From positions 102,550,001 to 102,614,000 of the forward strand of contig CM059431.1 in NCBI GenBank assembly GCA_030390025.1: a DNA stretch of 64,000 nucleotides, given 5' to 3'. The notes beneath the pieces are model-generated. The model was not told where the DNA came from. It did no database searches and saw only the letters and a list, made by a program, of their open reading frames with translations. The position numbers were made by a program, and so were the translations under genes. This DNA comes from Squalus acanthias (taxonomy: Eukaryota). Below, one piece after another: positions 35,397-48,254 of this stretch. Within the stretch, counting starts at the first letter, position 1; every line of letters begins with the position of its first letter.

Positions 35397-35600
35397 CTCT
35401 TCATTACCCGATTGGATGATTCTTGACTGTCAGTTGAACAGCCTCAACCCCCGCCCACCATGTCCAATATTTTTATAACTAGTAAATTAAAAAAATATAT
35501 ATTTTTAATGCCTCAATGATTTTCCCCCTGGGTTTTTGCTCAGGAGATTAATCGTCAATTCCTGGAGACTCCAGGGCAGTCCTGGAGGGTTGGTAACCCT
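35397..35600. mobile_element. hAT-type MITE fragment (remaining half of the family seen at 23008)
   Basis: CATTACCCGATTGGATGA...CCTGGAGGGTTGGTAACCCTG matches the reverse complement of 40257-40490. Confidence 0.7.
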
Positions 35601-35756
35601 GGGTCAATGATGCTTTACAGCTTGGTCTAGTGCAGAGCACAACTTATTTCTATCTATTTATAAATATGCCACATTGTGAGAGCACTGTATTAGGGATTTG
35701 GATGGATGGAGGTTAAAAATAATTGCTCACATTCAGACTCAATGCTTTATGGTTCA

Positions 35757-36005
35757 ACAAGGATAGAACTTTTTTCACCCAGAGGGTGGTGGGGGTCTGG
35801 GACTCACTGCCTAAAAGGGTGGGAGAGGCAGAGACCCTCATCACATTTGAAAAGTACTTGGATGTGCACTTGAAGTGCTGTAACCTGCAAGACTATGGAC
35901 CAAGAGCTGGAAAGTGAGATTAGGCTGGATAGCTCTTTGTTGTCCGGCGCAGACACGATGGGCCGAATGGCCTCCTTCTGTGCCGTAAATTTCTATGATT
36001 CGATG
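35757..36005 (+). mobile_element. CR1 3' end
   Basis: FFTQRVVGVWDSLP plus CR1 3'UTR; very similar to 46480-46990 and 51890-52420. Confidence 0.85.
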
Positions 36006-36734
36006 ACAAGAGACAGGCACAAACTTTGGATACCAGAGATATATAACAAGACATCCTTACTGGGAGAAGGAACGATCCACTCAATGTGCTCATCAAGGTA
36101 AGGGACGTCATTGCTGGGAAATGGATGTTTTTTTACGTTGTATCCTGTGTTAGATTAAGTCAATCCCAGGACAGGTGCAGCGCAGGCAAGTGCACAGTAG
36201 GGTTCTGTCTATGCTTAGCCAACAAAGTGCAAACTCAGAAGATTATTCCTTACTGCACCAGTGTGGCAATCCCCACTGGGTGAGATTGCCGATTCAGTGC
36301 AGTTTGCAAATTATGGGCAGATTATGCCGTGGATTTTCATGCCTTGTAGACGACTCCAACTCAACTCTATTTTAGAAACTTTTTTGTTGGGAGATAATCC
36401 TCCATATCAGTACCCAGGAAGTGAAAAGTCAGTGTTTTAACCTGTTGTGCCACAGAGTCCCTTACATTTTTCGTAGGGCACAAGATGCTCTGATCTTTGA
36501 TGCATTTCCATTGTTGTTGATTATTCCGAGACATCACTGAAGTATTGAGGATGATAGTTGATATTTTCCAATTGTAATATAAATTTTACTTTCATTAGTA
36601 ATTATAATATTTCATTAGCAAACATACTGGGATGCTGTATAAAGATTAATGCCAACAGAATAAAGCAGTCAATGGTCTACTTATGAAATTATTTGTTATT
36701 CAAGATTTTGGTTGGTTTAAAACCTAATCAACTG

Positions 36735-37018
36735 GAACATATGAAATAGGATCAGGAGTCGGCCATTCGGCCCCTCGAGCCTGCTCCGCCATTCAATAAG
36801 ATCATGGCTGATCTTCGACCTCATCTCCACTTTCCTGCCCGATCCCCATATCCCTTGATTCCCCTAGAGTCCAAAAATCTATCGATCTCAGTCTTGAATA
36901 TACTCAACGACTGAGCATCCACAGCCCTCTGGGATAAAGAATTCCAAAGATTCACAACCCTCTGAGTGAAGAAATTCCTCCTCATCTCAGTCCTACATGG
37001 CCGACCCCTTATCCTGAC
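36735..37018 (-). mobile_element. CR1 3' end
   Basis: Closely matches the reverse complement of 14380-14655. Confidence 0.85.
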
Positions 37019-37317
37019 AGCTAATTAGTTAACATCTTCAATGTAACAGTAGCTGTTGTGGCGTTCACAAAGGATTCATTAGAATTCCCCAATACACGGC
37101 AAACCAGATTCACTCAGAAATTGGGGTAGAAACATTACACTGCTACTCACAGTCAACCAATCAATCCACACGTTAAGCTGCACAATGATAAAATAATTTG
37201 ACGACAATGTCTAGCGATCCATTCACCTAAGTGGGGTCACCCAACATGCCAGACTGAGCCAACTGTGTTTGACAGGAGTCAACATATGTCTCTGTATTAA
37301 TACTCTGTATTACAGTG

Positions 37318-37760
37318 TCAGCTGTGGCTCAGTGGGTCGCACTCTTGCCTCTCAAGTCAGAAGGTTGTGGGTTCCAGTCCCGCTCCACTCCCAGTGCAGT
37401 GCTGAGGGAGCGTTGCATTGTTGGAGGTGCCGTCTTTCAGATGCGATGTTAAACCGAGGCCCCGTCTGCTCTCTCAAGTGGATGTAAAAGATCCCATGGT
37501 ACTATTTTGAAGAAGAGCAGGGGAGTTCTCCCCGGTGTCCTGGGCCAATATTTATCCCTCAATCAACATCACAAAAACAGATTATCTGTGGTCATTATCA
37601 CATTGCTGTTTGTGGGAGCTTGCTGTACGCGGGTTGGCTGCCGCGTTTCCTACATTGCAACGGTGACTGCACTCCAGGGGTGCTTCATTGGCTGTGAAGC
37701 GCTTTGGAACATCTGGTGGTCGTGAAAGGTGTGATAGAAATCCAAGTCTTTCTTTTTTCT
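37318..37760 (+). mobile_element. DeuSINE (SacSINE1-like)
   Basis: CAGCTGTGGCTCAGTGG head, GGTGCCGTCTTTCAGATG Deu domain and (TCTT)n tail. Confidence 0.85.
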
Positions 37761-38159
37761 TTACTTGCAAGTTGAAGAAACCTTGACATTTAATAGCTCT
37801 GGAAAAGGGATAAGGTAATTTATTCAATCGCCAACACTTAATTTTATACTTCAACACAGAGCAAATGACTACCAGGTGTACATGGTGTGTGAGCAGGTCA
37901 AGGGAGCGTCATACTGTAGAGTTTGACCTTTCGAAGCCAGACTGAGCTTTGGTCTTTGAAAATAATACAAATATCTATTTATACCAATGAAATACAAGAT
38001 TGAATTTATTTGCTTTCATCAAGTTATTAATCGTATCACAAATAGGGCTTTACCAAGAGCGGAGCTACTGGTTAAAAGGAATCCAGGAGACAGCAAAAAT
38101 AACTGTCAAAAGAATCAGGGGGGAGATGAGATTTTTTTTACGCAGTGAGTTGTTGTGAG

Positions 38160-38602
38160 GGATTTGAAAACAAGGATGAGAATTTTGAAATCGAGGCGTT
38201 GCTTAACCGGGAGCCAATGTAGGTCAGCGAGCACAGGGGTGATGGGCGAACGGGATTTGGTGCGAATTAGGACATGAGCAGCCGAGTTTTGGATGACCTC
38301 AAGTTTACGTAGGGTAGAACGTGGGAGGTCAGCCAGGAGTGCATTGGAATAGTCAAGTCTTTTGGATGAGGGTTTCAGCAGCGGATGAGCTGAGGCAAAG
38401 GCGGAGACGGGCGATGTTACGGAGGTGAAAGTAGGCGGTCTTAGTTATGCTGCGGATATGTGGCCGGAAGCTCATTTCAGGGTCAAATATGACACCAAGG
38501 TTGCGAACAGTGTGGTTAGGGAGTTAGGGATGTTAGGGAGAGGGATGGAGTCAGTGTCTAGGGAATGGAGTTTGTGGCGGGGACTGAAAACAATGGCTTC
38601 GA
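38160..38602 (-). mobile_element. L2 ORF2 fragment
   Basis: Reverse complement resembles 42870-43330. Confidence 0.85.
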
Positions 38603-39477
38603 TCATACTAATAAAGACAATGGCAATGAAAGTGTTAACTGCTTCCTACTTTAACAGTGCTCCTCATGGAATATTCCACTTAGGGTCTTGATTGACCTTA
38701 CACAGCACCACAATAGGAGGAAGAGAGCCAGCACATCCAGTCTTGTTGAATGTTGTTTTTGAATTAGAGGCACAAAGGTTGTAAAATATCAGTCTGAAGA
38801 CCCAAAGGCTTTCAAATCCACTCTTGCTTCAGTTATCAACTGAAAATCTGCTTCCTGTTTTCCAAAAATGCTTGTTTGACAACAAGAAGCATCCCTAGCT
38901 TCAGGAAGCTCTGGCCATTGAACTTACAGGGCTAGTACACCAGCACGTTCATGACGAGATGTCTCCAAGTTGTATTAACCCTCACCATTCAGAATAAATG
39001 GAGACCTCCACCACAGACGCAGTTTGATCTGGATCTCAAATTCCGATGGTCTGAATCCAAATCAGAATAACACTGTTGATGAAAAGGGAAACTAACATTA
39101 CAGCTCAATACTCCTTCGCTGCAACAGATCGATAGGAAAGCTGAAGGCACGAACACGCAGACCTATCACACCAGCAGCTTGCCAGACTACCATGGAAACA
39201 GAGCAGTCTACAAATTGGAGATACTGTACATGTGCAAAATTGGTTTACGTCATAAATTAAGGTGTCATTTGTAAGTTATTTTGATATTTCGTCTCCCTGT
39301 GATACACATCAGCATACCCAGTCCAAGAGGGCAGGTGGACAACCTGTGGCCATGCCTTTGAAACTGGATGCAGCTTGGAGCGGATGATCCATCAAAATGA
39401 TATCTCTCTTCACCACCCCCCCCCCCCCACCCCCCCCCCCACCCACCATGGGGAAGCGATTGCCTTCTGTTATGGCC

Positions 39478-39753
39478 TCTTGCGCATCCCCGAGTTTCAT
39501 CGCTCCACCATTGACGGCTGTGCCTTCAGCTGCCGAGGCCCTAAGCTCTGGAATTCCCCCCCCCCCAAACCTCTCCGCCTCTCTCTCTGCTCCTTTAATA
39601 AGCTCCTTAAAACCTCCCCCTTTGACCGAGTTCCCTGTCCTAATATCTCCTTCTGTGGCTCGGTGTCAAATTCTTTTTGAGAATGCACCTGTGCAGCGCC
39701 TTGGGGCGTTTTACTACGTCAAAGGCGCTACAGAAATGCAAGTTGTTGTTGTT
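39478..39753 (+). mobile_element. L2 3' end
   Basis: LRIPEFHRSTIDGCAFSCRGPKLWNS followed by a (GTT)n tail. Confidence 0.8.
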
Positions 39754-40256
39754 ATAAAAATTCTCCACAACAGCTGAGATGAAGAACTCAGAGTAGGGAA
39801 GCTACTTATACACAATGCAATGAAATTAGTTTGTTACAATAGATGCCAGGAATGGACTTTATGCTTTAATAAAAAAGTTTAAAAGACACAAGTGTCTTGA
39901 CTAATACATTTAAGCATAGGTACAAGGTTTATGAAATAATTTCAGTGGCAAGACATCTTATTATAGACCAGTTGAGTCTGTCAGATATTACTATACAGAG
40001 AACAAATAAAACACCACGGGCTAATTTTGTGACTCTCCATTCCTGACAGGGTGCCTGGCCGGTCGGAAGCACGTACCAGAAATTCGGACATGTACTGTGC
40101 AGAATCTTAGTGACTTCCCCAGCCAAATATTTCAACCAGCAACGTGTCACTCACAGAAAATGGCCTTGCTTGGTTTGACGCGCATTCCTGTGATCAACTG
40201 TGAAACCAGTAAAATAGCCATTTAATTTTTTTCGTAATCTTCCCACAGCCTCACAG

Positions 40257-40702
40257 TAGGGTTGCCAACCCTCCAAGATTGGCCTGGAGACTCCAGGAAT
40301 TGAAGATTAATCTCCGGCACACACTGCCGCAAGCAAAACCGGGAGAGAAATTGTCGGGAACATTCAAAAAAACTGTGTTTTTTCTTTCATTTTCTTTGAA
40401 CACTTCCGGCTTATTATTTATAAAATTATTGGAGATTGGGGGGGAAAAGGCTGAATGACTGACAGTCAAAAATCATCCAATCGGGTAATGAGGAGTCTGT
40501 TATCTTTCCAATTGGCCGTGGGGGCGGGGCTCCGTGAGGATGGGCGTGTCGGGCAACCGATGGCGGGAGTGTGGGGGCGGGGCTCCGCGAGGATGGGCGT
40601 GTCGGGCGACCGATGGCGGGAGTGTGGGGGCGGGGCGGTTGGAATCGGGAGGTCACGTGATGAAACCTCCAGGAATAGGTCCAACCCGAGTTGGCAACCC
40701 CG
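40257..40702. mobile_element. Complete hAT-type MITE
   Basis: TIRs TAGGGTTGCCAAC / GTTGGCAACCC. Flanks CCTCACAG and GCTCACAG suggest an 8-bp TSD. Internal tandem duplication of about 55 bp at ~40520-40635. Confidence 0.8.
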
Positions 40703-40959
40703 AGCTCACAGGCTAAACTATGCTACATCAAAACCCTTCCCCCAACTGCCCCGTCCCTAAATATTGCAGGTACCCGCTCACAATGCGCAAATAGGTGTAA
40801 CCAATTGGGTGGGCAGATACTTGCCCCATTGGAGACGCCCCTTCCAGAAGCACCTCCGGAGGAATTTTAGAGCTATTGGACCTGGCCAGCTGTGCAAGGA
40901 AGGGGCTAAGCTAATGAGTTCAAATTCAAGGATGCTGTGGGCTTTATTTATATATGTTT

Positions 40960-41812
40960 GATAGGAACAGGAGGAGGCCATTCTGCCCCTCGAGCCTGTT
41001 CCGCCATTCTATTAGATCATGGCTAATCTGTTATCTAAACTCCATCTACCCGCCTTGGTTCCATAACCCTTACCTAATAAAAACCTATTAATCTCAGTTT
41101 TGAAATTTTCAATTGACCCCCAGCCGCAACACCTTTTTTGGGGGAGAGAGTTCCAGGTTTCCACCACCCTTTGTGTGAAGAAGTGCTTTATGGGCAACAC
41201 GGTGGCATAGTGGTTAGCACTGGTGCCTCACAGCGCCAGGGACCCGGGTTCGAATCTAGCCTCGGGTGACTGTCTGTGTGGAGTTTGCACATTCTCCCCG
41301 TGTCTGCGTGGGTTTCCTCCGGGTGCTCCGGTTTCCTCCCACAGTCCAAAAATGTGCAGGTTAGGTTGATTTGGCTATGATAAATTGACCCTTAGTGTTA
41401 GGGGGGGATTAAATATGTGGGGTTACGGGGATAGGATGGGATATGTTAGGGGGAATTAAATACGTGGGGTTACGGGGATAGGGTGGGATATGTGTCGGTG
41501 CAGGCTCGATGGGGATTCTGTGTGAGGAAGCAGGGACAGGGTACTGGATTTGGATGATCAGCCATGATCGTATTGAATGGTGGAGCAGGCTCGACGGGCC
41601 GAATGGCCTACTCCTGCTCCTAGTTTCTATGTTTCTTCCTGACGTCACCCCTGAACGGCCTGGCTCTAATTTTAAGGTGATGCCCCCTTGTTCAGGACTC
41701 TCCCACGAGAGGAAATAGTTTCTCTCTATCTACCCTATCGAATCCTTTAATCATCTTAACCACCTCAATTAGATCACCCCTTAATCTTCTATACACGAGG
41801 GAATACAAGCCC
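40960..41812 (-). mobile_element. CR1 3' fragment split by an HE1 SINE
   Basis: HFFTQRVVETWNSLP to the left of the SINE; the CR1 sequence resumes at ~41636. Confidence 0.8.
41192..41635 (+). mobile_element. HE1-type V-SINE, full length
   Basis: A and B boxes, V-domain and CR1-derived tail; near-identical to the reverse complement of 2297-2725. Confidence 0.92.
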
Positions 41813-42745
41813 AAATTGCCAGCTCTTTGAGTTTAAGAAATTGCTTTGTCCTTTTTAAAAATGATTTGTAAAGTATTTCTCAGTCTTCTTTGTTCAAATG
41901 GAATCAGAAGCCTCCAGAGAGTGACAGACAGAGGCCATCTGTGGCTGGTTAAGAACAAACAGCCATGAAGAGGTTAATTTCAGAGACTGTTGCAGTTTAG
42001 TGTAACTAACACAACTGTTATTTTCTATATTACACGGAGGGATAGTTAATCCTGCCAATGCTTCTTTTGCTTTACGCATTCAGTGTGTGGCAGTTTATAA
42101 CCACGGGAATGTTTCATTTACCACCTTCTGAAGTCGAGGAGGAAGGCATGTGACATAACCAGTAAGGCAAAATATCATGACAAAGGTTCTCTGTTCAATC
42201 CCTGGCAAATTACCCAAATATTGGGCAGTTAATGACACCCTCTGGGCCATAGGGAGTGAGGGCTCATTGACAGGAGTGGTTTTAAGGTGCTAAACCCACA
42301 AGAAATATCAAGAGTAAAGACCCAAAAATGTGACACCAACCACCAGACTCATACTGGAACACAACTTCCGTATCATCAAATAGCGATCCTGGTGTTTGGA
42401 CCAACCACAGGGGGGGGGGGAGTGCAACTGTACAACTCAGTCCAGGCCTGTAAGATTGTTGTTCCCTCCCGGGATGTCTCGAACTTAGCTCGGTGACGGA
42501 GCTGAATGGTGAAGCAATCAGGAGAAGAAAGGCAGCAAGATGTTGAGGAGGAGAAAGTAAAGAGAAGGAAAGAAAAGAGAGAAAGAACGAAAGAGAAAAA
42601 AAAGAGTAAGAAAAAAAAGAAGAGAGAAAATGAGGAAGAGAGAAAGAGAGAGAACTTGCATTTATATAGCACCTTTCACAACCTCAGGACGTCTCAAAGT
42701 GCTTTATAGCCAAAGTACTTTTTGAAGTGTAGTCACTGTTGTAAC

Positions 42746-43694
42746 ACCCAGCTCTACCTCACTACCACTTCTCTCGACCCCTCCACAGGTCTCTAAATTG
42801 TCAGACTGTTTGTCCGACATCCAGTTCTGGATGAGCAAAAATTTTCTCCAATTAAATATTGGGAAGACCGAAGCCATTGTTTTCGGTCCCCGCCACAAAC
42901 TCCGTTCCCCAGCCACGAACTCCATCCCTCTCCCTAACATCTGTCTGAGGCTGAACCAGACTGTTCGCAACCTTGGTGTCATATTTGACCCTGAAATGAG
43001 CTTCCAACCACATATCCGCAGCATAACAAAGACCGCCTACTTCCACCTCCGTAACATCGCCCGTCTCCGCCCTTGCCTCAGCTCATCCGCTGCTGAAACC
43101 CTCATCCATGCCTTTGTTACCTCTAGACTTGACTATTCCAACGCACTCCTGGCTGGCCTCCCACATTCCACCCTACGTAAACTTGAGGTCATCCAAAACT
43201 TGGCTGCCCAGTGTCCTAACTCGCACCAAGTCCCGTTCACCCATCACCCCTGTGCTCGCTGACCTACATTGGCTCCCGGTTAAGCAGCGACTCGATTTCA
43301 AAATTCTCATCCTTGTTCTGAAATCCCTCCGTGGCCTCGCCCCTCCCTATCTCTGTAATCTCCTTCAGCCCCACAACCACCCCCCGAGATATCTGCGCTC
43401 CTCTAATTCTGACTCTTGCGCATCCCTGATTATAATCGCTCAACCTTTGGTGGCCGTGCCTTCTGTTGCCTAGGCCCTAAGCTCTGGAATTCCCTCCCTA
43501 AACCTCGCTACCTCTCTTTCCTCCTTTAAGACGCTCCTTAAAAACCTACCTCTTTGTCCAAGCTTTTGGTCACCTGCCCTAATTATCCTTATGTGGATCG
43601 GTGTCAAATTCTTTGTCTTAAAATACTCCTGTGCAGCGCCGTGGGACGTTTTACTACGTTAAAGGCGCTATATAAATACAAGTTGTTGTTGTTG
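42746..43694 (+). mobile_element. 5'-truncated L2 inserted into a minus-strand DeuSINE fragment
   Basis: FLQLNIGKTE...VRNLGVIFD...FVTSRLDYSNALL...LHWLPV and a (GTT)n tail. SINE pieces lie at 42645-42745 and 43690-43785. Confidence 0.9.
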
Positions 43695-44042
43695 TAGGAA
43701 ATGCGTCCGCCAATTATGCGCACAGCAAGCTCCCACAAACAGCTGTGTGATGATGACCAGATAATCTGTTGGTTGAGGGATAAATAAGCCATGGCTGACA
43801 TGTTTAATGTATAGATTAGCACCATATATTCTGCTGGCAATTTTTATTTACTATGCAGCACCAGTCATGTGACATCCAATAACTTCAGATCTTTCCTTAT
43901 TCCCACCTCTAGCTCTGCAGCTACTCAAGCTCCGCCACCACATTCTGCGCACATAATATATTAATAAAGAACAACAAATATCTGTCAGCGAATTTAAGGC
44001 AGTAAATTCACCTGGGGGTTCTGCCAATGTTCATAAACATCA

Positions 44043-44582
44043 GCAGCTGTGGCTCAGTGGGCAGCACTTCTCGCCTGTGAATCATGAAGGTTGTGGGTTC
44101 AAGTCCCACTCCAGAGACTTGAGCACAAAAATCTAGGCTGACGCTCCCAGTGCAGTGCTGAGGGAGCGCCGCACTGTCGGAGGGGCAGTGCTGAGGGAGC
44201 GCCGCACTGTCGGAGGGGCAGTGCTGAGGGAGCGCAGCACTGTCGGAGGCGTCATCTTGAGACATTAAACTGAGGCCCCGTCTACCATCTCAGGTGGATG
44301 TAAAAGATCCCACGGCACTATTTCGAAGAAGAGCAGGGGAGTGAAGTTCTGCCTGGTGTCCTGGCCAATATTTATCCCTCAACCGACACCCTAAAAAAAA
44401 CCCAGATTATCTGGTCATTATCACATTGCTGGTTGTGGGATCTTGCTGTGCATAAATTGGCTGCTGCATTTCCCTACGTTACAACAGCAACTACACTTCA
44501 AAAGTACTTCATTGGCTGTAAAGCGCATTGGGACGTCCTGAGGCCGTGAAAGGCGCTATATAAATGCAAGTCTTTCTTTCTT
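44043..44582 (+). mobile_element. Full-length DeuSINE with internal 33-bp triplication
   Basis: Head with GGTTCAAGTCC B box, Deu domain and tail GAAAGGCGCTATATAAATGCAAG(TCTT)n. Confidence 0.88.
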
Positions 44583-45224
44583 TAAATCTCTTGTAGTTTA
44601 TGGCGACATCAGAAGTCAGCAAATGAATTGTTGCCTTGTAGCAACGGTCATCCTTTATTACCCTACATGTGCTATAGTCTCCTCTGTAACGTTATGTTAC
44701 AGAGTGCTAGCTACAGAGACTGTATGGATCAGAAATGGGCTTGCAGGTTGTGAGCTGTAACTAGAATTAGCAATCAGCTGATGAAAATCAGGTCAGGAGT
44801 ACTGGAATCACGGTCTATATTCCTTAGAGTAACTTTGTAATATGATTAAAAAAAAGTTGCATTTTAATGATTACTGTTTGCTGTAACTTACTATCGTCTC
44901 TGAAGAATGCGGATAGGTTGAACTGTGTGGCAATCTTTGATTAAACTAAGCAGTGGACATATTTCATTTTCGGTATCGCACTTTTTCAGCTGTTTTTGGT
45001 GGATTGAGAGTCTGATCAGCACCAAGTGAACATCAGGATTCGATGCAGGATGTCAAAGGCACCCAAGCATGTTGCCAGAAAACCACAGCACAGCCACTGA
45101 AAGATCAGCATAAGCAGATCCTATCTGTCCGAACCCTTTCAGTGTCAACGTTACCGCAGTGACAGTGCCTCAGAAAAATACTTCATTGGCTATAAAGCGC
45201 TTTGGGACATCCCGGGGTCATAGG

Positions 45225-45955
45225 GTCACAGAGTCATGATGACACAAAATGAGGCCATTCGGCCCATCGAGTCCGTGCCCGCTCTCTGTAGAACAATCCA
45301 GTCAGTCCCATTCCACCGCTCTATCCCCGTAACCCTGCAAGTTTATTTCCCTCAAGTGCCTATCCAGTCTCCCCTTGAAAACATTGAGTGTCTCCACTTC
45401 CACCACTTCCGTCGGCAGCAAGTTCCAGGTCCTCATCACTCGCTGCGTAAAAAAGTTTTCCCTCACATCCCCCCTGTATCTCTTGCCCAAAACCTTAAAT
45501 CTGTGTCCCCTAGTCCTTGTACCATCAACTAGTGGGAACAGCCTTTCCCCGTCTAGCCTATCCAAACCCGTCATAATCTTGTACACCTCGATCAAATCAC
45601 CCCTCAACCTCCTTTGCTCTAATGAAAACAAATCCAGCTTCTCCAACCTGTCCTTGTAGCTGAGATCCCCATCCCCGCAACCATTCTGGTAAATCTCCTC
45701 TGCACCCTCTCAAGTGCCTTCACATCCTTCCTAAAGTGTGGTGACCAGAACTGGACGCAATACTCCAGTTGTGGCCTAACCAGCGCTTTATAAAGGTTCA
45801 GCATAACTTCTCTACTTTTGTACTCAACACCTCTATTTATGAAGCCCAAGATCCCATATGCTTTGCTAACCACTCTCTCAGTATGTCCTGCCACCTTCAC
45901 TCCCAGGTCCCTCTGTCCCTGCACACTCTTTAGAACTGTGGCATTAAGTGTATAT
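45225..45955 (-). mobile_element. CR1 3' portion
   Basis: LYKALVRPQLEYCVQFW...RLRGDLIEVYK; same subfamily as 48255-49370. Confidence 0.9.
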
Positions 45956-46477
45956 TGGTGAAAGGTGCTATAAAAATGCAAGTTCATTCTTTTCAATAAG
46001 CATTTTCAGCTTTCCAAAAATACAGAAGTGGTTACGAGAGTCTAATGAAAGACAACTCTGACAACTTCCGCTGTAAAATTTTATTTCCCCACCCCACCCC
46101 GCCCGCCATCTTCTATCCTCAAGGTTCAGACTGATGTTGGGCTGTGGTTCCCTAGGGTTCAGCTGCCTTGCAGTACCTCGTCCAAGTTACTATTCTTTAC
46201 ATGTGACCCCAGACAGTGATTGTTGGCCGGCGATACGGCCAGATTGGAAGGAGTGGGCATCACAGCCGTGTTTGATCCTACCCTCAGCAGATGTCAACAT
46301 GTTCACTTTGTTGGCAAGATTCACTTGTCAGCGGTCAGGAGTGGGGAAGCTGCTTATTTTTGCCTCCCTTAATCCAGGGCAGTGAAGCAACCCCAAAGCA
46401 TAACATTAAGGATGGTTGTGACCTTGACATGTACTGGGAATGCCGCGTTGTGACTGTGGAAGAGTTTAGTTGCCAAG

Positions 46478-46990
46478 GGATGTGAAAGATGTGATTGCAC
46501 TGGAGAGGGTACAGAGGAGATTTACCAGGATGTTGCCAGGACTGGAGAACTTTAGCTATGAGGAAAGATTGGATAGGCTGGGGTTGTTTTCTTTGGAACA
46601 GAGGAGGCTGAGGGGACACTTGATTGAGGTGTATAAAATTATGACAGACCTAGATAGAGTGGATAGGAAGGACCTATTTCCCTTAGCAGAGAGGTCAATA
46701 ACCAGGGGGCATAGATTTAAAGTAATTGGTGGAAGGATTAGAGGGGAGTTGAGGAGAACCTTTTTCACCCAGAGGGTGGTGGGGGTCTGGAACTCACTGC
46801 CTGAAAGGGTGGTCGAGGCAGAAACCCTCATCACATTTAAAAAGTACTTGGATATGCTCTTGAAGTGCTGTAACCTGCAAGGCTACGGACCAAGAGCTGG
46901 AAAGTGGGATTAGGCTGGGAAGCTCTTTTTCGGCCGGCACAGACACGACGGGCCGAATGGCCTCCTTCTGTGCCGTAAATTTCTATGATA
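46478..46990 (+). mobile_element. CR1 3' portion
   Basis: LERVQRRFTRM...WNSLP followed by the 3'UTR. Confidence 0.9.
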
Positions 46991-47115
46991 AATCTGCTCG
47001 GAACATGAGATATAACTTATCCCTTGCAAATTACAGCCCCCACCAGCACTGACCCTGTGGCAGACAGTGGTGGGCCTGGCTCTCTGGGTGTTGGTGCGAA
47101 GATGTCGCCCCCACA

Positions 47116-47400
47116 GTAAGGTGGCCAACTCTGTTTTGGACGTATTCCTGGAGCTTTCATCACATGACCTCCTGCCCCCAACCGCCCCGACCGCGCGCTG
47201 CCGCCATTGGTCGCCCGGCCCGTCCATCCTCGCGGTGCTCCCCCTTCCCTCGGCCAATCGGAAAATGAAAAGCCTCTTCGCTACCCGATTGGATGAGTCA
47301 GTCAGTCAAACGGACTCTTTTCCCGTCTCCAATATTTTCATAATTAATAAACAGAAGTGTTGAAAGAAATTCATGCCGCTATGATTTTTCCTCCAGGAGT
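47116..47400. mobile_element. hAT-type MITE fragment lacking the LTR insertion (empty site)
   Basis: Same start as 23008 (TAAGGTGGCCAACTCTG), with a single CTCTT at 47274-47278. Confidence 0.7.
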
Positions 47401-47935
47401 TTTCTTGTTGCAGCACCTTTCTGTGGCTCGGTGTCTAATTTTGTCTGATAGTCGCTCGTGTGAAGTGTCTTGGGACGTTTTACTACATCAAAGGCCCTGT
47501 ATAAATACAAGCTGCTGTATTAACCTGTGCCTCACATTTCTGGGAGACTCGAGCCCGGTTCTGGGCAACACCAAGCGCAGGACACTGAGGGCCGGATGAA
47601 GCTATTCCGAGGAGCGCATGTTTGACACCCCTGTTCTGTACCGGTCTTCCTGGCAGCAGGGTTCACTAAATAAAGCTATAAAAAATATCGGCAATGTTGC
47701 AATACAACAGTACAGACTTTCTTTTAAAATATCTATTCATGACGTGCTCTGCTTAATATTAGTTTTGGTGTCAGAAATCCAGCTTTCCCAATGCAGGAAC
47801 TCATTTGCCAAAATCGTAACTCACCATAGGAGCTGGAACACGTCACTCGGACCATGTGTTTAATGACCCGATAAATGAACAGTTTCTTGACTATCAAGTG
47901 TGAACACATTCAACAACACTAACAACAACTTGCAT

Positions 47936-48240
47936 CCAGGGGTCACAGTCTAAGGATAAGGGGTAAGCCATTTAGGACTGAGATTAGGAGGAATTTCTTC
48001 ACCCAGAGGGTGGTGAACCTGTGGAATTCTCTACCACAGAAGGCAGTTGAGGCCAATTCATTAAATATATTCAAGAAGGAGTTGGATATATTTCTTAAGG
48101 CTAAGGGGATCAAGGGATATGGGGAGAAAGCAGGGACAGGGTTCTGAATTTGGATGATCAGCCATGATCGCATTGAATGGCGGAGCAGGCTAGAGGGGCC
48201 GAATGTCCTGCTCCTATCTTCTATGTTTCTATGTTTCTAT
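47936..48240 (+). mobile_element. CR1 (HER1-like) 3' end
   Basis: 3'UTR nearly identical to the HE1 SINE tail; ends in (CTATGTTT)n. Confidence 0.88.
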
Positions 48241-48254
48241 ATAGCGCCTTTAAT

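Noticed and set aside
33051..35404. 771-aa Arg/Ser-rich ORF and overlapping long ORFs resembling SR proteins or protamines
   Set aside because: They are translations of a stop-poor minisatellite, open in several frames on both strands, with no globular domain.
41192..41265. tRNA gene (also at 2650-2725, 37318 and 44043)
   Set aside because: The A/B-box heads run directly into SINE bodies and LINE-derived tails.
42506..42709. Lys/Glu/Arg-rich ORF
   Set aside because: A low-complexity purine tract continuing a SINE tail.
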